From Entomortierella parvispora E1425 (lineage: Eukaryota; Fungi; Mortierellomycota), in the NCBI GenBank assembly GCA_020891255.1, contig BQFW01000006.1, positions 2,372,475 to 2,436,474 of the forward strand: a stretch of DNA of 64,000 bases, given 5' to 3'. Positions 15,739-26,570 of this stretch are shown here, one piece after another. The notes beneath the pieces are model-generated. The model did not search any database. It was not told the origin of the DNA and was given only the letters and a program-made list of their open reading frames with translations. The position numbers and the translations under genes are program-made. Positions within the stretch are counted from its first letter, which is position 1. Each line of letters begins with the position of its first letter.

Positions 15739-18281
15739 TATGTTTTATCACCGTAGAAGGGGACGAGGTGTGGAAGTGGAAGTGGAAATGGAGAGGGGGA
15801 CAAGGGATGTGGTGGAGAGAAAGGAAGAGAGAAAGAAGGCTCGAAGAGATTAAAAGGGAGACGCTCCCCGAGAGTGCTGATGCACAAACAAAAAAAAACC
15901 GCCACGTTTCACAGAGTGTTGTCCTTTTTTTTTTGTCCTTCAGATGAGATCACTCGCGCTCCGAACACGTTTGCTCTATGACAGCCAGCAACAAGACTCC
16001 TGATAAATGTTCATTGCAGTTTGACGGCCTTTATTCTTAATAATCTTGAGGATGCTCATTATCGTAAAGGACAATGGAGGGCTTCAGCTCCTTCAATCGC
16101 CTCACCAGTCGTTGAAGAGACTCGATCACATCTGCTTCTGGTACAGTTTTCCGTGCACCAGGAACATTCTTTGTCGCGTTGATCCAGCGTTTCGATGCAC
16201 ATCCCTTCAACGCGCAAAGATCGGGCCAATGTTTCACCATCCACTCGGCCTCTTTTTCTTTCATCCGATGATCAAGATTACCGATCCCAAGAACACGTAG
16301 GTTTTGAAGTGACTTCAATTGATCCAGTCCGTTTTCCAAGTTGAAGTCCAGTGAGTTGTCGCACCGTTTATAAGAATCCCTCCAGGCCGGCACCAGTCTA
16401 GAGTCGCCGATATCAAGGATTCGAAGCTGCCGGAGCTGAGCAAACCGAGCAAAAACCCGTCTTTGGATATGTCTGGATCGTTCCTGCAACTTCATCAACC
16501 CGCTGTACTTCATGTGCCGGGGTGTCCATGCGTCCTGTTCGCTCTTGCCCCTGTCCTCGACTTTCACGTCTGGTGGTGGACCTGCTGCCATAACTTCCTC
16601 CTGTTGCTCTGTCAGTCTCGGAATGCCGACCACCGAGCATTGAAGTTCTCGTAACTCTGTGCAAATCCAGGGCTTATGAAAGATCTTCGTGGCCGCCATC
16701 GCCAATCCTTGTCCTTTCAGTACTCTGAGTCTTGGACAAGTTGTCGTAACGAGTGTAACGAGCTCATCAGAGCAATCCTGACGGGCACAAAGGGACAGCT
16801 CTTCCAGAAGCGACAGGGGAATATCAATGATACACTTCATGATATCTCTGTTGATTTTCCCAAGGTGCAATCGAGTCACATTGGTCATTTGTGGCAAAAG
16901 GACAAAAAGGGCTGATTGTCTGAATGGGAGAGTTTGCATGCCCGGAGTGCCAAATTGCTCCAAACTGAGATGCCATGGCTTCTGTCGCAGCGGCTGTACA
17001 TCCTCGTGCAGCCCGTCATCGCCTGGAGAACGAATTTCATCACGATGTCGATTCTTGCAAGCGTTGATATGGCTCACGCTCTTGATCCTGGGCATCCTCT
17101 CCAGTAAAGCTGGGAGCTCGTAGAGTCTCATGATTGGATATTCCAGTACCGTTAACGCCATCCACTGAATGGAGGCCTTCACCAGTACAAGAGGCGAACC
17201 ACCGCATTCAATTCGAAGGGTCTTGAGCTTCCAGTTTTCAGAAAGAGCTATCTCTGAAGCTGGGCTGTTCTGCACCATGTCTACCTGCAGATGCTCGAGG
17301 GATGGGAAGAAATCCTGGATGAGCATTGCTATCAATGTATTGCTCACCCTGCCCATCCTGAGTTTTCGGATCCTCGGATTCACGAATAGAGCTCGGTAGC
17401 TGCCATCGAAATCATCCTCCTGCAAGAGACGGTATGAGTCGAATACATTGACAAAGGTTTGCTCTGGAAAGTCCAGCGATTGTAAGGCGCTTAGTCCGCA
17501 CTGGGCAATGATCGGCAAACCGTGCAGCCCATAGTCTGGTGAGGTGTCTAGTCGCAAGTGTTGAAGACGAGGCATGGACTGCAAAACGTCGGCCAGGAAC
17601 CGAGTTCCTTTTGAAGCATGGGATAGAGATCGCACGAACAATGACGAGGCGGCCTCTCTCTCCACCACCACTCCATTCGCGTCTTTTTTTTCGGTGTGCA
17701 TGGGAGTGACCAGTTGAAAAGAATGAGTAGACGAGGAAATGTGGCTAGTATTAAAGATACCCGATATGAAAACCACTTGGCGGAGAGTCGATTGATGATA
17801 AAGGATAAGCTGCCAACACGCCCTGACTTGGTCCATTATCTTGCTCAGACTGCGGTCCCTATGATAGTTGGGACTGAAGAGAGCTTCCACGGGCACGTCT
17901 CCGAACCTGTCATCCAGCTTTTTGTCGCTGAAACAGTCAACACCCTTCTCCTCGTCATCTCCGTCGGTACTCAGAGAGAACCCCGTGGTCATGTCCTGGC
18001 CAAAGCTCATCCAGATTCCCCCAAGGTTGAAATCGATAGAACGAAGCTGCGGGCGATGGGTCGGCGTTTCTTCGTTCCTTTTATGAAGCTCCAAAAAAAG
18101 ATGGACGGTGTAAAACTTTTGCGAAGACAGCTTTTGGACCAATGGACCGAGTTTCTTGAAGAGTAGGAGAGCCTCTCTCCGACAGTCCTCTGTCAAAGAT
18201 GCATCTGGCTGGTATCGAAGAGGAATGGCGCATTGAAGGATTCGATGCCATGGTCCCGTTTGATCACTACATGAACTCCAG

Positions 18282-18392
18282 TGCAATAGGAGTATCGAGG
18301 GTGGAGTGGAGACAAGAAGTCAGTTTTATTATATTGCAAGTTTCTAGCTTTTGTAGGTACACATCGCGTGATGTCACCGTATTCCTGTTACA
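18282..18392 (-). repeat. 3' LTR (111 bp)
   Basis: Identical to 23239-23349 and immediately preceded on the minus strand by the polypurine tract. Confidence 0.97.
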
Positions 18393-18404
18393 CCTTCCCC
18401 TTTT
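18393..18404 (-). other. Polypurine tract
   Basis: AAAAGGGGAAGG abutting the TGTAACA start of the 3' LTR. Confidence 0.9.
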
Positions 18405-21400
18405 AAAAAATGATACCGTGCTGCTCTTTGAAGGTTGTGACCAAGTCCATGCAGTTGTCCAAGTTGCTTACTGGGAGCCATTCGTCAGCTTCTCTGCCGT
18501 AGCCTTTGAATGACACTAGGAACTGGTGTTGTCTGCGGTAGAAGCGGTACTTTAAAATTTCGTCCACTTCATACTCCTCTTCGCCGTCAATTACAGTGGG
18601 ATCCACGGGGGCAGGAGCTCGAATGCCGAGTGACTCCGGGGACGGCAAATAGGGTCGAAAGGTATCAACGTGGAAGACGTCATGGATTTTGTAGAATGGT
18701 GGCAGCTCGACGCGGAAGGTGACAGGTGAGTGTTGCTCCAAAAGTGTGAACGGGCCAAGGAATTGAGGTCGAAGTTTATCGGCTGGTCTGATACTGTCGG
18801 CAGGGATGGTGATATTGGTGGCACGCAGCAGGACCTTATCGCCAACCTTGTACTTGTGATCCCGTCGTCGCTTGTTTGCCTGTTGCTCCTGATGATCCTG
18901 AGCACGCTGCAGAGCATCCTGGGCCAGGGCAAGGGTGGTCGCCTGCTCAGTCAGGAAGGTATCGACAGTGGGGACTGAGCTGCTGGGTTTACCGAGGAGA
19001 GCGGTGGGGGAGACGAGGGTGCTGGCCAGAGTTGAGGAAGAACGGCGAGTATCCCGTGGATGCATTGACAGCGTTGTTATAGGCGAATTCCAGTGACGGA
19101 AGGAGCTGGTCCCAGTTAGACTGCTTGTTGTCAATAAACGCTCTCAACATAGTCTTCAGCGTCTTGTTCATAACCTCTGTCTGCCCATCCGTCTGTGGGT
19201 GGTAGGCGGTTGACAGTGCAAGTTTGACATCCATTAGCCTGTGCAACTCTTGCCAGAATCTACTAGTGAATCGAGTGTCGCGGTCCGAGATGATGGATGT
19301 TGGTGTGCCATGCAGCTTAAAGATGTTGTCAAAAAACTGGTGGGCGACGTCGACGGCTGTGGCAGAGGTAGTACTGGGGACGAAGTGAGCTTGCTTGGTC
19401 AGCTTGTCGACAAACACTGTGATGGCGTCAAAATTTCTAGCTGTGGGCGGAAGAGGGCCGATGAAGTCCATGGTGACTACCTCCCAACGTTGCGAAGGAA
19501 TGGGTAGCGGTTGCAAGAGTCCAGCTGGTCGATCCTGTGAGTCCTTGTTCCTTTGACACTTCTCGCAGGTTGCTACATACTGCTGGGTATCCTTGGCGAT
19601 GTGGGGCCAATATACGAAACGGCGCAGGTTGTCGTAAGTCTTTTGAAAACCAAAGTGTCCAGCAGTGGCAGAGTCGTGAGCGTCGTGCAAGAGAGTGAGG
19701 CGGATCGGGGAGTGCCGAGGGATGGCCAGGGTGGTTGCTCCACGTCGGGTAAAGTAGAGGAGGTTGTTCTGGAATGAATATCCATTGGCAACCTTCCCAT
19801 CCAGGCAATCCTTGTAGATGGGTCCAAGTCGAGGATCGTCGTTGTAGTCCTGGACAAGCTGGTCACGGACGTCCGGGGACAGGGAGACGCTGAGGTTGTA
19901 TAGCTCAACAGGGTCAGGCTCGCGGTAGTCCGGTCGTCGGGAGAGAGCGTCTGGGACGATGTTGTCAACTCCTCGCTTGTACTTGAAGTCAAAGTCGTAT
20001 TCCTGAAGCAACTCCATCCAGCGAGCCTGTCGACGAGTGAGTTTGGGCTGTGTGGGGAAGTGGCGGAGGGTGGCGTGGTCGGTGTGGACGCTGAACTTGG
20101 TTCCATCGAGGTAGTAGCGCCAAGTGCGGAGCGCATGGATGACAGCCAACAGTTCCTGCTCATGGACAGGGTAGTTCCGCTCAGCTGACTGCATTTTTCC
20201 TGGAAGTGAATGCGATGGGATGGGTATTCCCTTCCCGGTCAGTCTGCAGCAGCACTGCACCGATGGCGAAACCGGATGCATCTGTTTCGACAAAGGTGAG
20301 AGATCGGGGTCGAAGATGCGGAGGACGGGGGCGGAGCAGATGGCGCGTTTGAGCTGAAGGAATGCAGATTGTTGTTCGTCGGTCCATTTGAAGGGAGTGT
20401 TGTTGGCGAGGAGGGAAGAGAGAGGGAGGGCAATCCCTGCAAAGCCCGATACGTACTGTTGATAAAATTGCGCAAGCCCCAAAAATTGCTGGACGTCCTT
20501 TGTGCTCTTGGGGGTGGGCCAGTCACTGATGGCTTTGCTGAGCCCGGCCGATGTTTTGATCCCGTCCTTCGTGATGGTGTGGCCCAAAAATTCAGTTTCG
20601 TCTTGCATGAAGGAGCACTTGCTCAATTTCGCGTACAGACCGTTCTTGCGGAGGAGAGCCAGGACGCTTCGGAGATGCTGCAGGTGTTCTTTCTTTGTCT
20701 TGGAGTAGATCAACAGATCGTCGAGATACACGACAACCCATTTGTCCAAGACTGGATCGAGCACTCGCAACATCATATTGGAGAACGAAGCAGGAGCGTT
20801 AGTAAGGCCAAAGGGAACAACATTGAACTCAAAGTGACCATAGCGACAACGGAAGGCAGTCTTGTGTGTGTGTGGTTCAAAGATACGCTGCTGATGATAA
20901 CCGGATAACAAGTCCAACTTGGAGTAATAGCGTGCTCCACGGAAGCGGTCAAGAAGCTCGTCGATACGGGGCAACGGGTGTCTGTTCTTCCTGGTGATCT
21001 TGTTGAGGCCACGGTAGTCGACGCACATTCGGAGTGTGCCGTCCTTCTTCCGCACAAAGAGCACGGGGGCGCCATAGGGAGAGGTACTGGGTTTGATAAA
21101 ACCTGCTGCTAGCAATTGGTCCAGTTGTTTGCGAAGTTCGTCAAGCTCGGCGATTGAAAGTCTAATGACAGGGCGGAAGGGTGGGTCGGCTGTCGGGTCG
21201 GTCTCGATCTTCATAGCATCACCACGGTCTGGGGGCAGGCCGTCCGGGAGTTTCTCCGGAAAGACATCAGCGAACTCTTCCATGACAATGGACCGCACCT
21301 CTGGGGGTCATATCGGGAATTGTACGCGGTTGGTCAGTTTCTTCAGAGGGCTCTGGGGTGTTGCGAATAAGGGCCAGGAACACCTCCGAGCCGGGCAGGG

Positions 21401-22221
21401 TTGCCATGGAATGAAAGTGCATGTGTGTGAGGAGGAGTCCTTTGGTGCGGCTTTTGGATGTGATCGGCCTTGAAGCCGCGGCAGCTCCATTTGACATCGA
21501 TTCCATTGTGAGTGAAATGAAGATCGTTGGTGCGCCAATTGATGCAAGGGTTAACTTTGGTGAGCCAGGGTTTGCCAAGGATGAGGTCGTATTTGTTGAG
21601 AGGATAGAGAATAGGGTTGAGCGAATCGGAGTAGTCGCTGCGGTTGAGGGTGATGGGGACGGTGTGTGATGTGAGGGAGGAAGAGCCATTGGGGAGGAGG
21701 ATGGGGATGGGCAAGCATTCAGTGCGGAGGAGCTGGTGTCGCTTTTGAAAAGACGAACTGATAATATTACCTTCTGCACCACCATCAATCAGGATTCTGG
21801 CAGCGTGGCCATTGACAGAACCGATGAAAGTGAGCAGTTGGCTCTCTGCCTTTTGGACAGTGAATTCGTGTAGGCGAATCGCACGACGCTTCAACTTCTT
21901 CAACTGACTTTTGGACAGAGGTACACTAGGTGCCGGCGGTACAGCGAGAGGGTCCGGTTCATCTGTATCGGAGGATCTAGGTAGAGGAGCGGACAGGGCA
22001 ACTGGAGCGGGCGAGGCAACAGGTTTTTTGGTTTGGTTTTGGTTTCGGTCCGATAGAACAACCAGAGCATCGTGGATGTGAGTTCGCTTGTCATGATTGG
22101 AGTCATGTTTCTGAGGTGTAGAATCAAGTGAAGTTTTATTTGAGGTACTTAGCTCAGGGTTGTTGGCTACAGTTTCGACAACTGGGGTCCGGACCGACCC
22201 TAGTTGCCGGAGGCTTTTCCC
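18403..22221 (-). CDS. pol: Pol polyprotein (protease, RT, RNase H, integrase, chromodomain) with five single-base indels in this assembly
   Basis: LIDGGAEG protease; RMCVDYRGLN and YLDD (RT); ETDASG and EQELLA (RNase H); HHCC zinc finger, TMDFI...SDRD...GQTE and GPF (integrase); YEVDEIL...W (chromodomain). Frame changes near 21468, 21305, 20297, 20196 and 19008. Confidence 0.9.
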
Positions 22222-23120
22222 GAATCAGGGGATTCACCCGCGGTTACTTGATTAATTCCTCGGCTGCCGTTGCCGTACTTAGGGCAATTGGGACTGATGT
22301 GACCCAATTCGCGGCAGCGGAAGCAGCCACCGTTACGTACAAGGTACTCTCGGTCGGCGGCGGTCAGGGGTGCGGGGCGATCTCGAGAAGGGTTGTTAGT
22401 ACCGTTGGTGGGGCGGTTCTGTAAGGAGCGGTGAAGGGTGCCGAGTTGCTTGTGGATATTGTTGAGTTGGATATGAATATTGTCCACTTCCATTGCGTTG
22501 GGGTCGGTGATACCAGCAGAGGATCCCGAGGCAGCCAGTGCTTTGGCACCGAGTGATGGGTCTTCAGTGTGGAAGATACGACCGAACTCCTCCGCGGCCT
22601 TAAAGAGTCTGGGCAGATCTATGGTGTCGTTGCCTGCATTAACAATGGCCACTTCCAGCATCTGGCGAAGCTGAGTAGGTGCACCACTGAGAAAGGCAGT
22701 GCGGATAGTATCGTTGAGAACTGCGTTGTCGGCGTAGTAAGACTGGAGGAGTAGGTGGTATTCACGGGCTTTGGTAATATAGGCCATGACGTTGGAGATG
22801 TTCAGTGGCAGTGTCATTTTCATTTGCATTGTGAGGGCGAGAATGTGCTCCTTAAACTTCGCAGGGCTGAACTCGGCGGCAAGGAGCTCGCTGAAATCCG
22901 GGAATGAGGTGTCGGATGGCTTGTTTAAGAGTGCCCACCAGCCGATAACCTCATCGCCGGCAAAGGCAAGGGTAACCCCGACCTTGCGAGATTCGGCAAT
23001 TCCAGCGCCATCGAAGAAAAAGGTCATGCGTTTCAGAAAACCGAGAACAGAGAATCCGTCGCGCTTGCCGTTGAACGGTGTTGGATGAGGGAATTTGAAT
23101 GACGGTGTCGCGGAGTCCAT
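22200..23120 (-). CDS. gag: Gag with CCHC zinc knuckle (306 aa)
   Basis: PTPFNGKRDG...WW capsid-type N-terminus and CFRCRELGHISPNC knuckle; TAG at 22200-22202. Confidence 0.9.
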   Translation of the reverse strand: MDSATPSFKFPHPTPFNGKRDGFSVLGFLKRMTFFFDGAGIAESRKVGVTLAFAGDEVIGWWALLNKPSDTSFPDFSELLAAEFSPAKFKEHILALTMQMKMTLPLNISNVMAYITKAREYHLLLQSYYADNAVLNDTIRTAFLSGAPTQLRQMLEVAIVNAGNDTIDLPRLFKAAEEFGRIFHTEDPSLGAKALAASGSSAGITDPNAMEVDNIHIQLNNIHKQLGTLHRSLQNRPTNGTNNPSRDRPAPLTAADREYLVRNGGCFRCRELGHISPNCPKYGNGSRGINQVTAGESPDSGKASGN

Positions 23121-23230
23121 GTTGGGTGAATTGTCGAGGGAGAGTTGATCGAAGAGGGATACGAGGGGGTCCAGGGTGTGAGTGTGTCGGAGGGTCAGTG
23201 GGTCAGTGAGGTCAGTGGATCGAAAACCTT

Positions 23231-23238
23231 TGCTACCA
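23231..23238 (-). other. Primer-binding site complementary to the 3' end of initiator tRNA-Met
   Basis: TGGTAGCA immediately inside the 5' LTR, complementary to the ...TGCTACCA end typical of eukaryotic tRNA-iMet. Confidence 0.85.
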
Positions 23239-23349
23239 TGCAATAGGAGTATCGAGGGTGGAGTGGAGACAAGAAGTCAGTTTTATTATATTGCAAGTTT
23301 CTAGCTTTTGTAGGTACACATCGCGTGATGTCACCGTATTCCTGTTACA
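23239..23349 (-). repeat. 5' LTR (111 bp)
   Basis: Identical to 18282-18392; contains overlapping TATAAT/AATAAA. Confidence 0.97.
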
Positions 23350-23868
23350 TCCAGAGTACACCTACAAAAGCTCGGTACCATCCCCGAGACACCAGAACAC
23401 ATCGCAGAAGGTCTTTGACATGAAGGTGGGCGGTAATCAACTCTTGTAGCTCGAGGAGTTGAAGGACTTGCTCTCCTGCCGCAGTTGCGATAGAAGGAGG
23501 AGACAATGGGCGTGGAATCATTTTTTTTTTTTTGTGGGAAAGGAGGAAAAAGAGCACTTTTGTCGCTGCTGTTGCACAAAACCCGCAGCAAAGACACAGG
23601 AACTCGCATGCTTTGATCCCATTAGATACTTTGAGGAGGTAAACGCTAACCGTTCGAACGGTCCTCAAAGCAAGGTAGGAAATCAGAGAAGGGAAACGAC
23701 CACCCTCAACGGATAAAAATGATGTAGGCAAGATCAGAAAAGTCGCGCCACCAAACTGGGGCAGGTAGCCAGTGGCTTAGCTTATCACGTGACTCTCACG
23801 TACACATCTACGTACACATGAATTGCCAGATTCTTATATGACTTTTAATTCATCGAAAATATCAAAAA

Positions 23869-23951
23869 GGTAGGATGGCCGAGTTGGTCTAAGGCGCCGC
23901 ACTCAAGTTGCGGTCTCGAGAGAGGCGTGGGTTCAAATCCCACTTCTACCA
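23869..23951 (+). tRNA. tRNA-Leu(CAA), intronless
   Basis: Acceptor GGTAGGA/TTCTACC, D arm TGGCCGAGTTGGTCTAAGG, anticodon arm CCGCA-CTCAAGT-TGCGG, long variable arm, GGTTCAAATCC and a downstream poly-T. Confidence 0.96.
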
Positions 23952-24722
23952 TATCTTTTAACTCCTCATCATTTTTTTTTTTTTTTTGGGTCTTCCTTCT
24001 GCAGGAGGTGAGGAACGTGTACAGTCTGGACACAGGGGCGATGGCAATGATGATACAGGAAGTGAGATGGTATACATGTTGTTTTTATTGTTTTAGTCTC
24101 TGCTTTCTGGTAGACACTATTGCTGGTATGGGCTGGGCTACTGCGGCCAAAGACAGAAAGAGCGAACCATGATCTCGTCGCCAATAAATCGTTAACCAGG
24201 CTCACGGACACTGAGTCAGGTGCCAATGCACAGACTCATATTCCTGAGAACTTAAGCCCATGGGAATGGGTCTGCCCGTGGCCGATGAGTAGACCAAGTG
24301 TCGAGAAGGGAGGAAAGACGAGGAAGGCCGGCATGATGGTTACAAGTTTGTTTCTCTCCTGACACCCACTCTTTCAGTCTCACCCAAAAACATCCCCGAG
24401 GACACCACACAGCGATCAAGGGAAACAGTCGATTCCCTGATGATTTCACGCGTAGAATACCTGGAGGATACGGTCTCGGCTGGACGCCCTTACTCGAAAG
24501 ACATTTGCGCGTCGGTAAAGCTTGCTGTGGGGCGCGCTTCCGAAGAGAAGCTTGGCTGGGGCTGCCGCCCTCACGGCGCTTGTCGCGTGTTGAATTGTCG
24601 AGAGAAGTGAGAAGGCGCTTAGCGCAAGACAATGGCGAGATCAAGGGTACCTCAGATAAATGGAAGCAGAAGTGTCCCCCAACGAAACTCACATTCACTT
24701 TGACATCCTAATTCCTTTCATA

Positions 24723-26264
24723 ATGGGACTCACAAAGACCTATAGAGAACTCCAACCACCAAAACGATCCTTGTATATTTGTTTGAAAGACTCGAAGACC
24801 TTTCGTTCCTGTCTCTTGCTCAAATGAATACCAACTCCAGCATCTCGGGCCTTTGCGCCGCAATCCAGCTTCAGCGAAAGCTTCAATTGGCGACCTACAC
24901 CATGTTTGAGCTCGAGGCCGATATTGGTGGAACTTGGTTCTCCAACACAAACCCGGGTTGTCAAATCGACACCGCTGCCCATCTGTACGCGTATTCTTTT
25001 GACCCCAACTACGAATGGTCCAAATGGTTTATTCCCCAAAGTGAGGTCCTCTCATATCTGCGAGCCGTTACCAGGACCTATAATATCTACGACAAGATCT
25101 GGTTCCAGACTCGGGTTACAACCGTGCAATGGCACGAGGGCCGTGCAAAGTGGATACTTCATTGGATCAACGCGTCGACAGGACAGCAAGGCGACTACGA
25201 GGCTGATATTGTCATCCATGCAGCTGGTGTTTTGCGTGTGTCCAATATCCCCAAAGAGTTTGAAGAGTTCAAGGGCTCAAAGTGGCACTCGGCTCGTTGG
25301 AATATCTCTGTAGATTTGAGGGTCGGGATCGTGGGTTCAAGTGCCAGCGCCGTGCAGATTGTTCCCGCTATCGCTGATAAAGTCCGGTCGCTAGATATCT
25401 ATGGCCGATCTCCAGCGTATATGACTCCACAACTGAATGTCACTTACACAGGCGTCTGGAGGTTCTTGTTTCGGTATGTGCCGTTCGTCCATTCACTCTA
25501 CCGCTCCTTTTGGTATTACTTTGTGGACTCGACAATCCTTCTCTACCACAAGCTGTGCTGGTACTCTGCCTTTCACCTTATCACCTGGTTTCGTTGCTTC
25601 CCAGGAACAAGGAACTGCGACAGAAACTCACGCCTGTTTACGAACTTGTGGCACGTTGAATTGTTCTCTTTGACAAGTATTACCCCATGTTCAACATGTA
25701 AGTTTGCACCAGGATCCTGTTGTTTCGATCAAAGGCAGTACCATTTATACAAGCGAAGGTTCGGAGCGCGAGCTAGATCTGTTGATTATGGCTACCGGGT
25801 TGGATCGGGTTTCCAATTTCCCAGTAGGAGACTGGACAGGGCGTGGCAATGTCGACATTGCATAGATGTGGGGCGAGAATCCAACAACCTACTATGGAAC
25901 ATGTGTCCCGAAGGCTCCTGACTTTTACTTGCTCTGGGGGCTTAACAGTGGTGGTGGTAAGGCCCTTACTTTGAGCTGTGTTCTTGTATTCATCGATGTG
26001 AAGGCTAGGTATGGTTACAAACTGTTTTTTTTCAGCCAGTTCACGAGCATGATAGAGATCCAAGTCATGTACGCTCTCCGATCTATTTCATACATGATGG
26101 GTCAACAGCTTGTATCCACGGAGATCAAACAAGAGGCAGCAGAAGAGTTCTTGGAGTACCTGGACAGAAGGATGGAAAAAACCATCTTCACGAACAGTTT
26201 TGGTTGGGGAGCTGCACCGAGTTTTGGTGGAGCTTGCGCGAACTACACCCAGAGCGGTTCCTGA
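24723..26264 (+). pseudogene. Flavin-containing (Baeyer-Villiger type) monooxygenase pseudogene
   Basis: GGTWFSN.PGC..D, fingerprint FKGSKWHSARW and ATG motif are present. The first GxGxxG is missing its start and the second Rossmann region is shortened. Frameshifts and in-frame stops occur (LVAR*IVLFDKYYP near 25657; VDIA*MWGE near 25864). Confidence 0.85.
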
Positions 26265-26570
26265 TAGTGGAGCGAAACGAGCAGACGTGCCGCCACCTGT
26301 ACTTGAATGGCAAGAGGGGCAGGGTCTCTGTATAGCACTAGCGCGTGTCGGCGTCCGCAGAGGGAGCGATCCGGCCTGGAGCAGGTGGGGAGACCAAAAA
26401 ATAAACGCGTCGGCTGTCCGTGGCGGGACTGCTTCTTGCACTTGAGAACCTCTTCGTTGCTCTTCGTCCATGTCGTTTGCATCCATCCAATTCACCGCCC
26501 ACTCTCTTCAGGAACATACGGACAAGCACGGATTCTAATCGGACGACGGCTCATCTTGACAACGTCCACC

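Larger units (their letters stand above)
18282..23349 (-). mobile_element. Full-length Ty3/gypsy LTR retrotransposon (chromovirus), 5,068 bp
   Basis: Identical 111-bp TG...CA LTRs, TSD TCCAG (18277-18281 and 23350-23354), PBS TGGTAGCA, PPT AAAAGGGGAAGG, and gag-PR-RT-RH-IN-chromodomain order. Confidence 0.98.
16037..23521 (-). pseudogene. F-box/LRR protein gene (803 aa if uninterrupted) disrupted by the LTR retrotransposon
   Basis: F-box at 23350-23521 (LQLLELQELITAHLHVKDLLRCVLVSRGWYRAF). Removing 18282-23349 and one TSD copy gives VLW-SSCSDQTGPW in frame with the 16037-18276 LRR body (LRQLRILDIG, LKSLQNLRVL). Confidence 0.88.

Noticed and set aside
21770-21800. Protease active site DGG instead of D(S/T)G as evidence of inactivation
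   Set aside because: DGG variants occur in other Ty3/gypsy proteases, so it is not diagnostic.
26403-26410. ACGCGT (MCB-like) site upstream of HIR1
   Set aside because: A single 6-mer is expected by chance and several others occur in the window; no support for function.
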